Below, one piece after another: positions 24,816 to 36,626 of a stretch of 64,000 nucleotides of DNA. Origin of the DNA: Dudresnaya verticillata (Eukaryota); NCBI GenBank assembly GCA_977862235.1, contig OZ374563.1:2356001-2420000 (forward strand). The letters run 5' to 3'. Position numbers and translations under genes: made by a program. The notes under the pieces were generated by a model. That model saw nothing but the letters and a program-made list of their open reading frames with translations, had not been told where the DNA came from and ran no database searches. The first letter of the stretch is position 1. Each line of letters opens with the position of its first letter.

Positions 24816-27131
24816 CTAGTCAGAAAGTAGGTCGATGACCTCGTTCTCCTTGAGCGGAGGATGGGGCCCAGACGGCGCCCGAGTTGTCGTGACACGACGC
24901 ACTTCGCGCAACACTCTAGCTTGACGAGGGCCACGACCACGACGAGTGTCGAGGCCATCATGAGTCCCGCCAGCACGGCCTGACACTTGGCCCTCGATGT
25001 CCATGGGCGAGCCATCGCGCTCACCCTCGCCCTCCATGGGCTCTATTTTCTCCTCCTCTTTGAGGAGGAGCTCCGTCTTCACGATGACTTCCGAAGTCAT
25101 CCGGTCTGACGCCAAAGGCTCTCCGGCCGTAGCGGGGACCTTCGTAGTTCCCCCTTGAGCCCCGATGGGCTGGATTGCGACAGACTGGTCCGGCGGCGGG
25201 ACCTTCTGACCTTGGTCATTCGTGACTTGATCGACCTCGGCGGAAGCCGACGTAGGCGACTGCACAGACCGCACTGAAGCCAACTCGGGCTAACCAGCCG
25301 GCGCTTCGACATTTTCCTCGCGGGGGATCTTGCTTGTATCAGCCTCAGTGGCTTCACGGGCGTCGAGGCCTAACTTGGCAACAATCGCCCCTTTAGCTAC
25401 GGGCGCTGGGCGCTGGGGGTGACCAAATCCCTTACGGATCTTCTTTCCAACTCCACCTGTTGGGTCTTCAGCTTCTTCTGCTTTAACACCACCCAGAGGC
25501 GGTAACGCCTCAAGAATCGCCCGAAGGTGGGCTTGCTCCACGGGACCCGGAGCCTCGATCCAATGCGCCTCGTACTCGGCTAAGACTTCTTCGACCCAGT
25601 CGGCCAGACTCGCCAAGTTGAGGTTATGAACGTTCCAGTGCACCGTCAGTCGGATATCCAAACCTCGGCGGTTAAACACGTCGCGGATTTCCGCATCTGC
25701 ACGATAGTGGTGAGCCACTGAAGGCGCGTACGGACCTTGCGGTTGGCCGTCGAAAGTGTCGTCGAACGGCGGCACCTCTTCGAGGCTAGAAGGGCCTTCA
25801 TCGCGCCATTTCACACTTACCCAACCGCGGGTGTAGCCAGTCCGGCGTTCGCCTTCATCTAAGGCAATGGACCCTCCCTCGGTGGGAAGCTCGGCTAACA
25901 TGAAGTCTGGTAAGACTGGAAGCCATTTCTCCGGGTCGAACTCCACCCAATCACCCCGATCAAAGACGGCCGTGATGTGCCCCGTATTCTTGGGTAAGAA
26001 GAAGTTGCGCTTAGTCACTCGACTCCATCGAATACGTTCCACGAAGGAAAGGATGGCGTCGAGATCGGCGGCATCTTCCGCTGTGGCGGTAAAGGCAGAC
26101 GGGCCGAGGGACCGAATACACGCCTGAAGGGGCTTTCCAATGAAGTACAGAAAGCCCCGACGGGCTTCATACACGAAAACTTGTGTCAACATCACGATCC
26201 ACTCGTGCCGGAATATCGTCCAGAGTAGGGACTCGTCGTAAGCCACATTCATCATCTCCAGACCGAGATAAGCCACGATTGTAGGCGTGCCCATGGGCAT
26301 CGAGTACGAGACCTCCAAAACAGCCTGGACGTCAGGCACTTGAGGATACTTGATCCGATAAAACTCCGGACGGATGGAAGTCACTTCCTGGAAATGGGCC
26401 GGAATGAAGCAGCCAGTACGATGGCGGAGGCGGCGCTCGAAGCGCACTAAATCCGACGGCATGGCCGTTTGAGTGTTGTCCAGGGCATACTTAAAGTTTG
26501 AGTTATCGTCCCAGCGGACAACACTCGCCGTCGTATACGGGTAGCTGTCCCTTCCTGGACGAATGAACGGCCGTTGGTGGCACACGATCGACAGATCGAA
26601 AACTCCAGTTTTATGGATGGTTTGGACCTCCTTGATCCGGAAGTTGATGAGCCTCTCCAAGGCTGAAGTGTAAAGGACCTCATGGCGAAAACGTGGATGA
26701 GCGAGGTCCCACTTCCAAGGGCCTTCGATGGTAGGCAACTCCCGGTTGGGTCCCGTGAGTATACCAAGACCCTGACGAACGTGCGCATGCCACGTGCGGC
26801 GCTGTGCACGTCTTGCGCCGCGTCGGCGGATCTCGCTACGGTCGGCTCCCGCGTTGGCCTTGATGTGTGCAAGATCTGTGCGCACACGCCAATCGCGGCT
26901 ATTCTTTATTGTGATCGGTACCCTTGCCTCGTCCATTTCGAAGCCGAGGACTCTAACGCTGGAACCGGCGCTTCCAAAAACCATCTGCTGCTTCGTACTC
27001 ATGATTGAGTTCTCGCATGAATAAGCCACGTCGAGGGACCGTGAAAAAATCGTGAGCCGCGAAAGCGATACTGGATGCCCGTCGACACGGGACACCTGAC
27101 GTCGACTGGGCGTACGATGATTTGTCGCCAC
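24816..27131 (-). CDS. Antisense accessory ORF of element 1, unknown function (~728 aa from ATG 27002, one internal stop at 25290)
   Basis: 613-aa ORF continues in the same frame into 24816..25283. Clear homologs at 31156-33249 and 48224-49600. Confidence 0.85.
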
Positions 27132-27265
27132 GCGGCCGTCGCGAGACGGGGGTTTTGGTGGCGGTTACACCAGCCCTCAACGGGCCGTTTGCGACATCCC
27201 CTGCGCGTCCGCCCCAACCGGGCCAATGGAAACAGCCTTGCTTGCTTCGCCGGTCTCTCGGCTTT

Positions 27266-27377
27266 AGAGAGGGGGCCGTGTGGTACAATGAGCCGACAGG
27301 AGCTGTAAGCACGTACACGTGTTTTGCCCCGGTAATGCGCTGGTAATATTGCACGTGAAGTGCGCCTTAATGCGCTG
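27266..27377 (+). repeat. PPT (AGAGAGGGGG) and truncated 3' LTR (27279-27377) of element 1
   Basis: Purine tract followed by TGTGGTACAATGAGCCG..., matching 13655 onward for ~99 bp, then an abrupt switch to RNase H coding sequence. Confidence 0.88.
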
Positions 27378-29700
27378 CGAGAAGGAATGCCTCGCTGTAG
27401 TCTGGGCTACACAAATGCTGAGACCATGTTTGGAAAGGTCCCATTTTGACCTGTACGCCGACCATCAGGCTCTGAAATGGACGATGAGCGTGACGGACGC
27501 GTCCGGACGTCTAGCGCGATGGCGCCTATGTCCCTTAGAATACGACTTCAAGGTTGAATACCGTAAGGGGAAGAAGAATCAGATTGCTGACGCAGTCTCC
27601 CGGTTGCCCACCTATGGGTTTACTACGTGGGAACCGGATCTTGAGATCCCCTGCTTTATAGTCGCTGATAGCGAGAGGGAAGATCCTCCCGACCCTTCGG
27701 CGAAGGATGAATCGGGAACCAAGACCAGTTCGCGACCCTTGGAGGAATGGGAGATAGAAACAGAGGATAATTTATTCGAGTCGAGTCTCGAGGACGAGCG
27801 ATTGATAGCCAATGTGGCTGAAACGGAAGTGGACGAGAAGAGTCTTTCCCTTCTCACAGTAGAGGAAATCCTTCGCGCGCAACGAACAGACAAGTTCTGT
27901 AAGGGTATCAAGATAGCCATCGAAGCTGGAAAACCGGGATGCTATCTGGATGACGAACGCGGACTCCTGGTCCGAAGGTCTTACATTGATAGGGCTTTGC
28001 AGGTACTCATACCTAAAGTTCTCCAGGCGCGAGTCCTACATCTCACGCACTACCCAGATATGGCCTGCCATCCTGGTGGCACGAGGATTGTGGGATGTAC
28101 CACAACTTGAGAAGGCAAGTATATTGGCCAGACATGGCCCTCACCGTTTACTCGACAGTGCGGAACTGTGTCAAGTGCGCGATGGAACGAGTCCAGTTGA
28201 GAAGACATACTTCGCACATGAAGTTATTTCCGGCATCATGCAACTTGAATTCCTAGGAATTGATATCTTGGGCCCATACCGAGACCAAGCAAAGGGAACG
28301 AGTATCTTCTCGTCATCACCGCTCGTTTCTCGAAACTGACACGGGTAGTCCCGTTGAAGACGGTGACGGCTTATAATGTAGGAAGAGCATTCTCCGAAAA
28401 CTGGGTGTACATCTACCGGCCACCCCGTTACGTCTTATCCGATAATGCATCGCAGTTTGCTTCCAAGTTCTTTATTTCCCTGTGGCATCCTCCGTATGCA
28501 GAATATGTTCACATCTACATATCACTGGCAGACTAACGATCAAACCGAAAGATTCAATCGCACCCTTTTAGCAGGGTTGAGACACTTCATTGCAGATGAC
28601 CAAAAGGATTGGGACGAGTTCACGTCTGAACTGACGTATGTATATAATACGACCGTTCATCGTGCAACGGGATTCGCGCCTGTCTATTTGGTTCTATCCA
28701 ATCCAACTACTTCTATCCTAATAGATCGAGCTGAAACGGTCGACGTGGCCAACGTACCCGCGACGAATGTCAAGAAGCGGTTAACCGCTAGACTTGAGAA
28801 TCTGATGTATACAGCGTTGTCTCTGTTAAAATCAGCGCAACGTCGCTATGAGGCTAACTTCAATAACCGCATGCGTCTGAGTATTCAGAAGGTACACCCT
28901 GGGCAATGGGTCTTTCTCGAAAGAGAGACTAAGATGAAAGACGCTAGAGGCGTGTACAAGAAGTAAAACTCTTCCCGAAGGCTCTGAGGCCTTATAAGGT
29001 CCTCGAGAGAGGAATGCACGCAGTCTTGCTTGAATTCAAAGGCGAGCGAGAGTCGACCTCGTTGGACCGCGTGACCTTATCGCCTTCGACAGACAAAGGG
29101 CTCGGAGCCGAAGGACAAGACTCCACGATAGTTGGTGAAGCACCAGAAGTCGAAGAGCAGAGGCCACCACCATCTGGACCTGAACCCACCTCTGGACCTC
29201 CCACTGAAGGGGCACCAAGAACTAAGGATGAGGAATCCTCTAGATGGGCCACGGGTCCCGCAAATGCCACGACTGTCTCCCCTCCAGCAATTAGAAACAC
29301 TGAAAATATCGATAACACCGTGGGATCTGTTTCTCCTAGTATACTCCCCACAGGGGTTCCTGTTACACTATCGCCAGGCGGTACGGCCTTACGTAAAAAC
29401 TCCTAATTCTTACAGGATTCAGGTCCGGCCGCCGCTCAGGCGGCAACGCCACGATGGAGAGCAACGTGAATGCGCCTCTCCGTACGTTTTCTCGCTACAA
29501 GAAAGCACCCCCACGTGAGTACGTTATGACAAAATCGTCGACTATGATGCCGGTACCCATAAGTACCGTATTCGATTGTTCCAATGCCCAGCGGCGCAAG
29601 ACACCTGGGAGCCACGGGATCATCTCCCTGAAAATTTGGTCAAACGGTACTGCCGCTCAAAGAAGATCCCCCTTCCAGGAGCAGCTGCCGACTCACTGGC
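27378..29700 (+). pseudogene. pol: Pol 3' half (RNase H, integrase, degenerate chromodomain) of related element 2
   Basis: EKECLAVVWATQMLRP, DHQALKW, TERFNRTLLAGLRHF, SLDRVTL and KKAPPRE motifs, paralogous to 21237-23423. Confidence 0.9.
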
Positions 29701-30004
29701 TTAGTTGATAAGCAAAGACGTGAAGTCTCGAGAGAATACATCAATAGCACTCTACGGAAAGAGCCTAGGCTGTCGGTCTAGTATGGGACCTGAGGAATCA
29801 AACTCCTGCGATAAAGGTTGTGTTGATATCTCAAGCTATCATTCTATGAAGCATGAAGCACGTGGATGATGCTGAGAAGAAAATGAACAATCGTCCAAGG
29901 AGAACAGTGCCCACAGCAATGGTCGTCGCCTACTAGGCGAGGTTGGTTGAAACTTGGAAGACGTACGCTGATTTATAGAAGATGGAGACTTTGGTCAGGA
30001 GATA

Positions 30005-30127
30005 TGGATAGATGAATGGATATTCAAGATTTGGATAGATGAATGGATCTTCAAGATTATGGATAGATGAAGGGATATTCAAGATTCTGGATAGATGTAC
30101 AGAAGTTTCAAGCCCTGGAATAGATGA
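30005..30127 (+). repeat. 27-28 bp tandem array with GGATAGATG core (element 2)
   Basis: GGATAGATG at 30006, 30033, 30061 and 30089, plus a variant at ~30118. Confidence 0.9.
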
Positions 30128-31155
30128 GATCAAGGGAGATCTGGAACCGGGGAGACCCTGTAACAATCAGAATTGAGCCAACGCTCACCTGTATCGAAAA
30201 CAACACTACCCCCGGCAGGAGGGAAAGATGGGCAAGCCCTATATTTATATGGCAACCCCGTCATGGGGGGATGCTCCAGAGAATTACGGGATTGTGACCC
30301 AGAGGCATGGATATACCATCATGTTCGACTTGACCACCACTGTACTAATCGTGATGGGAGTCCACACTCGTCTGCCTTAGCAGAATTCTCACAACTTTGT
30401 CGCCATTGCGAGGCCGTTGCGGGTTAGTTTCACTGCCATGGAGAAATCGCTTCACCATGATGGTGACCTGCGGGCAGCAGATTTTGGTATGCACACCCTG
30501 GTTGACGAAAAATAGGGAATTTTAACAACCATCTCCGAAGAAGAGGACGACGTGCTGCTCCAAGCTGCACGGAGGCGGATTGGGCCGCGAATCAGCGCCA
30601 TGGATGCGGAATGATCCGCGAATCAGCTATGGCTGAGGAGCCCCGCATCGATTGGCTCCAAAAAGCGCGCAACTCTACAGTACATTTTCGCTCTACTGTA
30701 GAGTCACGTCTATCACTGCTGGCATTAATTGATTTGGCAAAGCGGCAAGGGAAGCGGATTGACTATCGAATCACAATCGTTTGGAACCACAAGCCACGGG
30801 GCGGTGTCCCGGCATCTCCGGCTCTAGCTACCAACTCCCTTGCGGGGCGTGGTATGCTGCGCAAGTTCATGGAACCCTCTCCCGGGCTATGAAGGACAGA
30901 GGCAAAAAAAGGGGCGACGGCCCTGAGTTACAGGCAGTCACTCGACGGAAGTCGATGGGGGCTCCCTCGGGGCTTAGTCGCGGATGCGTGTTAGTGATGC
31001 CCACCTATGTCGCTGTTTCTACCATTGGGAATCGGCTAGAGCGGAAGTGACACAATTAACAACAAGTCACTTTACTTCAGCGGGTAAGCCGCTCTTGCCA
31101 AGTGTGACGAATTAAATTGGGTAACGAGCCATTACTCGAAGACTGACAACTTCGG

Positions 31156-33249
31156 CTAATCCGATAACAGGTCAATAACCTCATCTTCACCCAACGGAGG
31201 ATTGGGCTGGGGTGGCGAGTGAGACGCGAAGACACGTCGCACCACGCACACGACGTGACGGCTCCCAACTCCGCGACGCGGACCACGGCCACGCCGACTA
31301 CCATTTAAATCGCTCAACCCCTAAACGCCCTCTGGGTTGGTGCCACTTGGATGAATAACCCGATAGTCGCCTTCGAGCAGCTAGCGTTGGGCTGACCCCG
31401 AGTGTCGTCTCGGGGCGAGATCGTGTTTAGGAACTCGCCAGTGGCCATGAAGCCAGACATTTGCGTCATATGAGCAGCCGTTGCTATCGTCGATGATGAG
31501 GCACCAGCTGTATTGATTGGCTTGGGAGCCGAGTGGGCTATGGCACCTCCATGACTAACAGAAGGGGCCACCACTGACTCTTCGCGAGGAATCACCGAGG
31601 TGTTACCACCTGGCAGGGCACGGGGGTCCAAACCGTCGACTCTACTCGACTCCTTCTTATTCCGCGGTGCCCCCGCCTGCCCCAAGACCAAACACGGTTT
31701 GATTTCAACATCACTGGGGTATCCCTTCAAAGGCGGAAACCTTGACAGGTAGGCACGGAGATTCTCCAAACGCTCCACAGGACCCGGAGTCCTCATCCAA
31801 TGGACTCATAGTCCACCATAACCTCCTCGACCCAGTCTCAAGGCTATTAACGGTGAGATTACATAGCTCTCAATGCACCGCGAGGCGGATAGCCATCCCT
31901 CGTTTCTTGAAAACGTCACGAAGGACGTGATTGGATTTACCATGGCCGGTCGCAGAGGGCGCGTATGGACCTTGATGTTGACCATCGACAGTATTGTCGA
32001 ACGAAAGGACGTCTCCTGGAGTCTCTGGGCCGTGGTCCTGCCAACTGGCACTGACCCATCCCTGGGTTACGCCGGTAATGCGGTTTCCTTCATCCAAGAC
32101 CAGGGATCTCTCCTCTGTCGGCTCGGGATGAATCAAGAATTCCGGCAACATCGGATGCCAGTCTTCTGGATCAAAGTCCACCCAATCCCCTCGATCATAC
32201 ACTGGGGTAAAATGACCGGTACAGTCGATCCGCGATAATTGAATACTCGATAATTGTATAATTGCGGTATTTGCATGATAGATCCGACTCCCACCACGGG
32301 AGCCTTCAAATGTTAACCAAAAAATCGGCCTCTATTCAAACTCGCTATTTGCATGGCTCAATCTCGATCGCAGGTAGTCCAGATTGAGCCAGGAGGGGGA
32401 TCAATGAGGGCAATGCCCTGCATGGCGCGCTGCAGTGTTGCAGATTTCTAACTGAGGACAAACCGCGCGCTTTTCAGGCTGGTTAATCGCCCGCCACATC
32501 GCAACCCATTTAAAACGGCGGGCGTCAGGCGGGACAGCTCACAACAGGCCCCTGCACCCCGGGCCGCACTTAAAGCCGTTGATATCGCGAAGCAAGTCCT
32601 AGGCGCGAACCCGGAGCATTGCGGGGCGGGGCGGGGATGCGCGCCATGAATCGTTTGCAGGCCGCTTTGCGACGCCAGAGGGCGGCGCGGCAACCCAAAC
32701 GACGCTGGATACGTTCTTCTCGCAAGTATGGGTATTCGGCACAGTCTATGAGTAAACGTCTTTTTGATTGATACGGCAATGTAACTTACAGTACCGATAG
32801 TTGAATATGACCGCCTATTGCATAGGTGTCCCGGCAACCGTTAATATGCAATTATCGCGGATCTACTGTATTCGCAGGGAGATGACGCTTCCGCTTGGAG
32901 ATTCGGCTCCACCTAATACGGTCTATAAAGAATAGAAGTGCCTTCAAGTCCTGGGAATCTTCGGCGTCCGCCGACAAATTTTTGATACCCATCTCCTTGA
33001 TGGCAGCGCGAAGGGATTGATTGATGAAGTACAGCATCCAGTGACGAGCCTCATAGACGATAGTCCGGGCGACCAAGACGATCCGCTCGTGACGGAAAAG
33101 GTCCAGAGTACACTCCCATCCATGGCTCGCGCCATCATGTTCAGACCAAAGTAAGCCACGATGGTGGGGGTACCCACTAGCATCGAACATAGGACCTCAT
33201 ACGACGCGTGGTCGTCGGGAAATTGAGGGTATTTAGCCCTGTAATACAT
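31156..33249 (-). pseudogene. Antisense accessory ORF, copy 2 (5'-truncated, frameshifted, split by a MITE)
   Basis: YRAKYPQFPDD..YEV..SM.VGTPTIVAY.GL.MM, FRHE, RIRWSRI, DRGDWVDFDPE, and C-terminal PPLGEDEVIDLLSD*. Confidence 0.85.
32222..32868. mobile_element. Non-autonomous Tc1/mariner-pogo-type MITE (647 bp)
   Basis: TIRs CAGTCGATCCGCGATAATTG / CAATTATCGCGGATCTACTG (1 mismatch in 20) with TA on both sides. Removing it restores 'LPANT-GHFTPVYDRG'. Confidence 0.9.
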
Positions 33250-33576
33250 TAGTGGTTGCGTTAGCGTCGCTTACCCGCATTTGTTCCACCCTTCCACCAA
33301 TTGCGAGTTCTGACCGACTATAGTCGATTTGAGCTGGTTCGATTAGTTCCGTTCAAAGGGACTATCGTCATTTTGAACTCAATATTCGCGGAAGCCATTG
33401 GAATCACACAACCCGCTGACATATATATATGTATGGCAACATGTCTGAAAACTAGCCTTGCCGCATTTATTTGCGGAAATATTCAAACTGATTGTCAGTA
33501 ACAACACACGGTCTGTATTATTCCCTACGCGTACAAAAGTGGCAATGGCTCTGTTGGAACTGGAAAGCAAGTTCGG

Positions 33577-34499
33577 TTGGGCCAAGGTGGGGGCACTGGA
33601 TTTTTCCGGTTTGAGCGCGTTAATATGACTCGTCTATCGACTCATACCGCCTGAGGCGTACTCAACCGCCGTTGGCGCGGGTACGTTGGCGACGTACGCT
33701 TGTAGGCGCTTTGTGCCGAAATGTCCCCCTGCGTATGTACAGAACATTTCTCGTGCCGGACCTGTACTGTAGAGCGATTTGTTGGACGCGGAAACACGTT
33801 TGACACGCGCTAGCTGCGATCAGAGTGGTTCAAGCATGGGCTTGCCGTTTTTCCGTTCTGAGCGCGTGTTATAAGATAACGTCTACCAACGGAAAAGTGC
33901 CCTCAGCGCTCCAGTCGCCCTCGGTACGCGAACACGTCACTGAAGAGTTACCCACAGGAGCAGGGCTCCGCAACCCCGCGCAGGAATGGCGCCCTGGGTG
34001 CTGTACGCCCGGCGTGCCACCGATTCGGATGGCACATCGAGATCAGCAGAGTGCAAGGCAAGAACCTGTGAGCATGGCCAGGACCCAAATCGGATCCAGA
34101 TTAGACATCAGGATCGGGTATCGGGATTCATGCCGATGTAAGGCGTGCACCTGTATTGCGGGCACACCCGTAGTGCTCGCATAAATCGGGATCAGGACGG
34201 GGATCGCACGGACCGCGATGCGCACGCGCCTGTAAGCAGTGCGTGGCCATGTGTTTTTGTAAGCGCGGTATAGTACGCGCGCGGCAAATCTTTCAGAGGA
34301 ATGGCTGCATCGCGAGGTATACCTGTGAGACACACTACAGCGCAACACGTGTCCTTAGTTTCCGCTTGCCCGCCGCGGTGCCGCTGCCTGCACAAAAATA
34401 ATATTACTTAGGTAGTCCGTCTGAGACGTTGGAGTGAATCCCGGTAAGCCGGCCTTAGTCCAGACTACCCCTCCCGCGTCACCGCGTATCTTACCGCTG
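33577..34499 (+). repeat. LTR 5' part (GATCC-rich family), interrupted by element 3; left end approximate
   Basis: Diverged inverted homolog of 35533-36414 (e.g. TTAGGTAGTCCGTCTGAGACGTT vs TTAGGTAATCCGTCTGAAACGTT, and CAACCGCCGTTGGCGCG). Confidence 0.65.
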
Positions 34500-35220
34500 T
34501 GTGGTGTAACGGCAAGGGGCCTCCAAAAAGGGGCCCATTGACCGGGCCACGCAATCCACATTGGCCAACACGCAGAAGACACTTGGCCCAAACCGCTACT
34601 GTACGGCCACGCGGACGGCGGTGGACGACGGAGAAAACCACGCGCACAAGACGTGGATTACACGTGGATGTGTGTCTGGATACGCGAATCTGGATCAATT
34701 TGAGATCGGATCAAGGAAAAGGATTTGGCTGCAATGCTCAATCACGGGGCCAAGCCTGGAAAAGTCAGGAACAAATCTAACTATTATGGCCACTGATTAA
34801 CTGACAAGTACTCTATTTAATTCGGCAAGGTTCTAACATTTGCCCGAAGTCAGGATTCGAGGAAGATATTTTGGCCATGGTGCATACCCTCGCTCACTAA
34901 CTAGAATAGACCTAGCTTAGCTCCAATTTTGGTCTATTGAGAGGCCCCTACACTACGGTTTAGCGAAGATGTGTACGAAGCCATCCCGCCAGAGGTTGGG
35001 AGTAAAGTTTTGCCACGTTTCCCCAACTTGGTCATTCCACTGGTCTCATCCAGTGTTTTGGCCACGACTTCGTCCGCGCGCTCCCACTCTACCACGCTTG
35101 CTACCGGCGCGCAGGTTCGTTCTACGTTCGACCAGTCTTCTGCGAAGTTCACTTGGTCTTCCTGGTCCTTTGGGGCTTCGTCTGGGCGCCGCACGCGGTG
35201 GTGCGTTTCCAGATACTACA
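34500..35220 (+). repeat. 5' LTR of Gypsy element 3 (721 bp)
   Basis: TGTGGTGTAACGGCAAGGGG...GATACTACA, followed by a PBS. Inverted homolog of 50535-51316. Confidence 0.85.
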
Positions 35221-35221
35221 C

Positions 35222-35239
35222 TTGTCTCCCGACCTGGAA
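35222..35239 (+). promoter_or_regulatory. PBS of element 3 (same tRNA-Tyr-like type)
   Basis: TTGTCTCCCGACCTGGAA is 16/18 identical to the element 1 PBS and lies 1 nt after the LTR. Confidence 0.75.
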
Positions 35240-35532
35240 GACCAGTTGTGATTTCGGCAGTATTTCTCCGTTAGAAGACTCGAGTAGCTGGCCGTAGTCG
35301 ACGACGGCCAGTCTCTTCCTCGCTACTGTGCTGGCCAAACCCCGCAAGTTGCAGATTGTGCGTTAGTAACTACCTGGTTTCGCAATCTGAATGTCAGTCT
35401 ACTTCAACCCAGTTCTGTGGCCACGTTCTAGGTCACAGGCCAGAAACCCGTCGCTTGGGTCGTTCCCAAGTCGGCCGCTTTGCACACTCGCTGTTTCGTG
35501 CCCAGCACAGGGAGCTTTGCACACGGCAGTAT

Positions 35533-36414
35533 TTTGGTGCAAACGTCCGGGACGAAACGCCGCCGAGCAGTTCACCGCCGAGCAGTTCCGGGCTCGGTGG
35601 GTAACGACGCCCGTGGCGGTGAGTAACCTGGCCTAGGGAGGCTTGTGGTAGAGCGGTTGACATGCCTTGGGCGGACTGTAAACGCCCGAGGCGGAAAGGA
35701 AGAACAAAAGAGAACAAAAAGGAAACACGTCAACGACGGTGGTTGATCGTGGAAGCACGGGAGGTAGACGCTTAGGCCGTAGGCAGCAGTAGCGGAGGGT
35801 ACGCGCGTGCGGAACGGAGAAGTGTGGACCAAGGCCGGCTTGTCCGGGGTTTACTCAACGTTTCAGACGGATTACCTAATATACTACGCGGGCGACGGCG
35901 GCGGGCGCGGTACGCGGGACTCAGGACGCGTGTCGCGCCGTTGAGTGTCTGACACGCCCTCGTCGTCATGCAGCCGCGCGCGCGGGAGCTCAGGAGTAGC
36001 TTACAGGCGTGCGCGCGAGCAATGGGTGACTTACAGGCGCATGCGTGTAGAAGTGCGAGTGATCCGGATTCGGATCCAGATCCCTGCCAGCATTGCTGGC
36101 GCGCGGCCATTACAGGCGCGTACCTTTCATTACTGTGGATCCCGATGCCGGATCCCGATGTCCGATCCGGATCCGATCCGGATCCGGGCCAAGCTTACAG
36201 GCGTGTGCCTTACACCTTGTCGATCAGGATGATACATCCGGATCTGCACGTACAGTGCGCGTGCGCTTCGCCGCGCGGGGTAACGGCGGCCGTACGCCCG
36301 TGGGCCAGCCGTCCATGACGTGTTCGCGCGCCAACGGCGGTTGAAGTGCCGTCGGTAGCCGTTGCCATATAATACGCACAAAGCGAAAAAGGGGCAGCCC
36401 CCCCTTGCACCACA
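35533..36414 (-). mobile_element. Solo LTR (882 bp) antisense in the element 3 leader, TSD AGTAT
   Basis: AGTAT at 35528-35532 and 36415-36419. Termini TTTGGTGCAA / TTGCACCACA. Confidence 0.8.
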
Positions 36415-36626
36415 AGTATCCGGCCCTTGGTATAGGGACTAGTAACTCGGGTTCGTCCGTTCCCACCCCTTTGTTTTGCACACGGCAGTGTGGTTCCCGG
36501 GCAGGCCACTTTGCACACGTCGGTCACGGGGTGTCCACGAATTGCTAGAAGTATTCGGCCAATCAGTCTCCGAAGTACTCCTTCACGTCTGCTCCCTCTT
36601 CACCGGACGGTGGACAGGCGCAGTCC

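Larger units (their letters stand above)
13655..27377 (+). mobile_element. Ty3/Gypsy chromodomain-bearing LTR retrotransposon, element 1 (degenerate, 3' LTR truncated)
   Basis: 5' LTR TGTGGTACAATG...TACTACA, PBS, gag, PR-RT-RH-IN-chromodomain, antisense ORF, PPT, then the first ~99 bp of the LTR repeated at 27279. Confidence 0.93.

Noticed and set aside
24816..27131. Antisense ORF as an env gene
   Set aside because: It is on the opposite strand to gag-pol and has no signal peptide or C-terminal transmembrane anchor.
23672..30127. Repeat arrays as CRISPR
   Set aside because: Units are short, spacers are related to each other, there are no cas genes, and the context is a eukaryotic retrotransposon.
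33250..33576. Filler between truncated antisense ORF copy 2 and the next LTR
   Set aside because: No TIR, TSD or homolog found within the window, so left unassigned.
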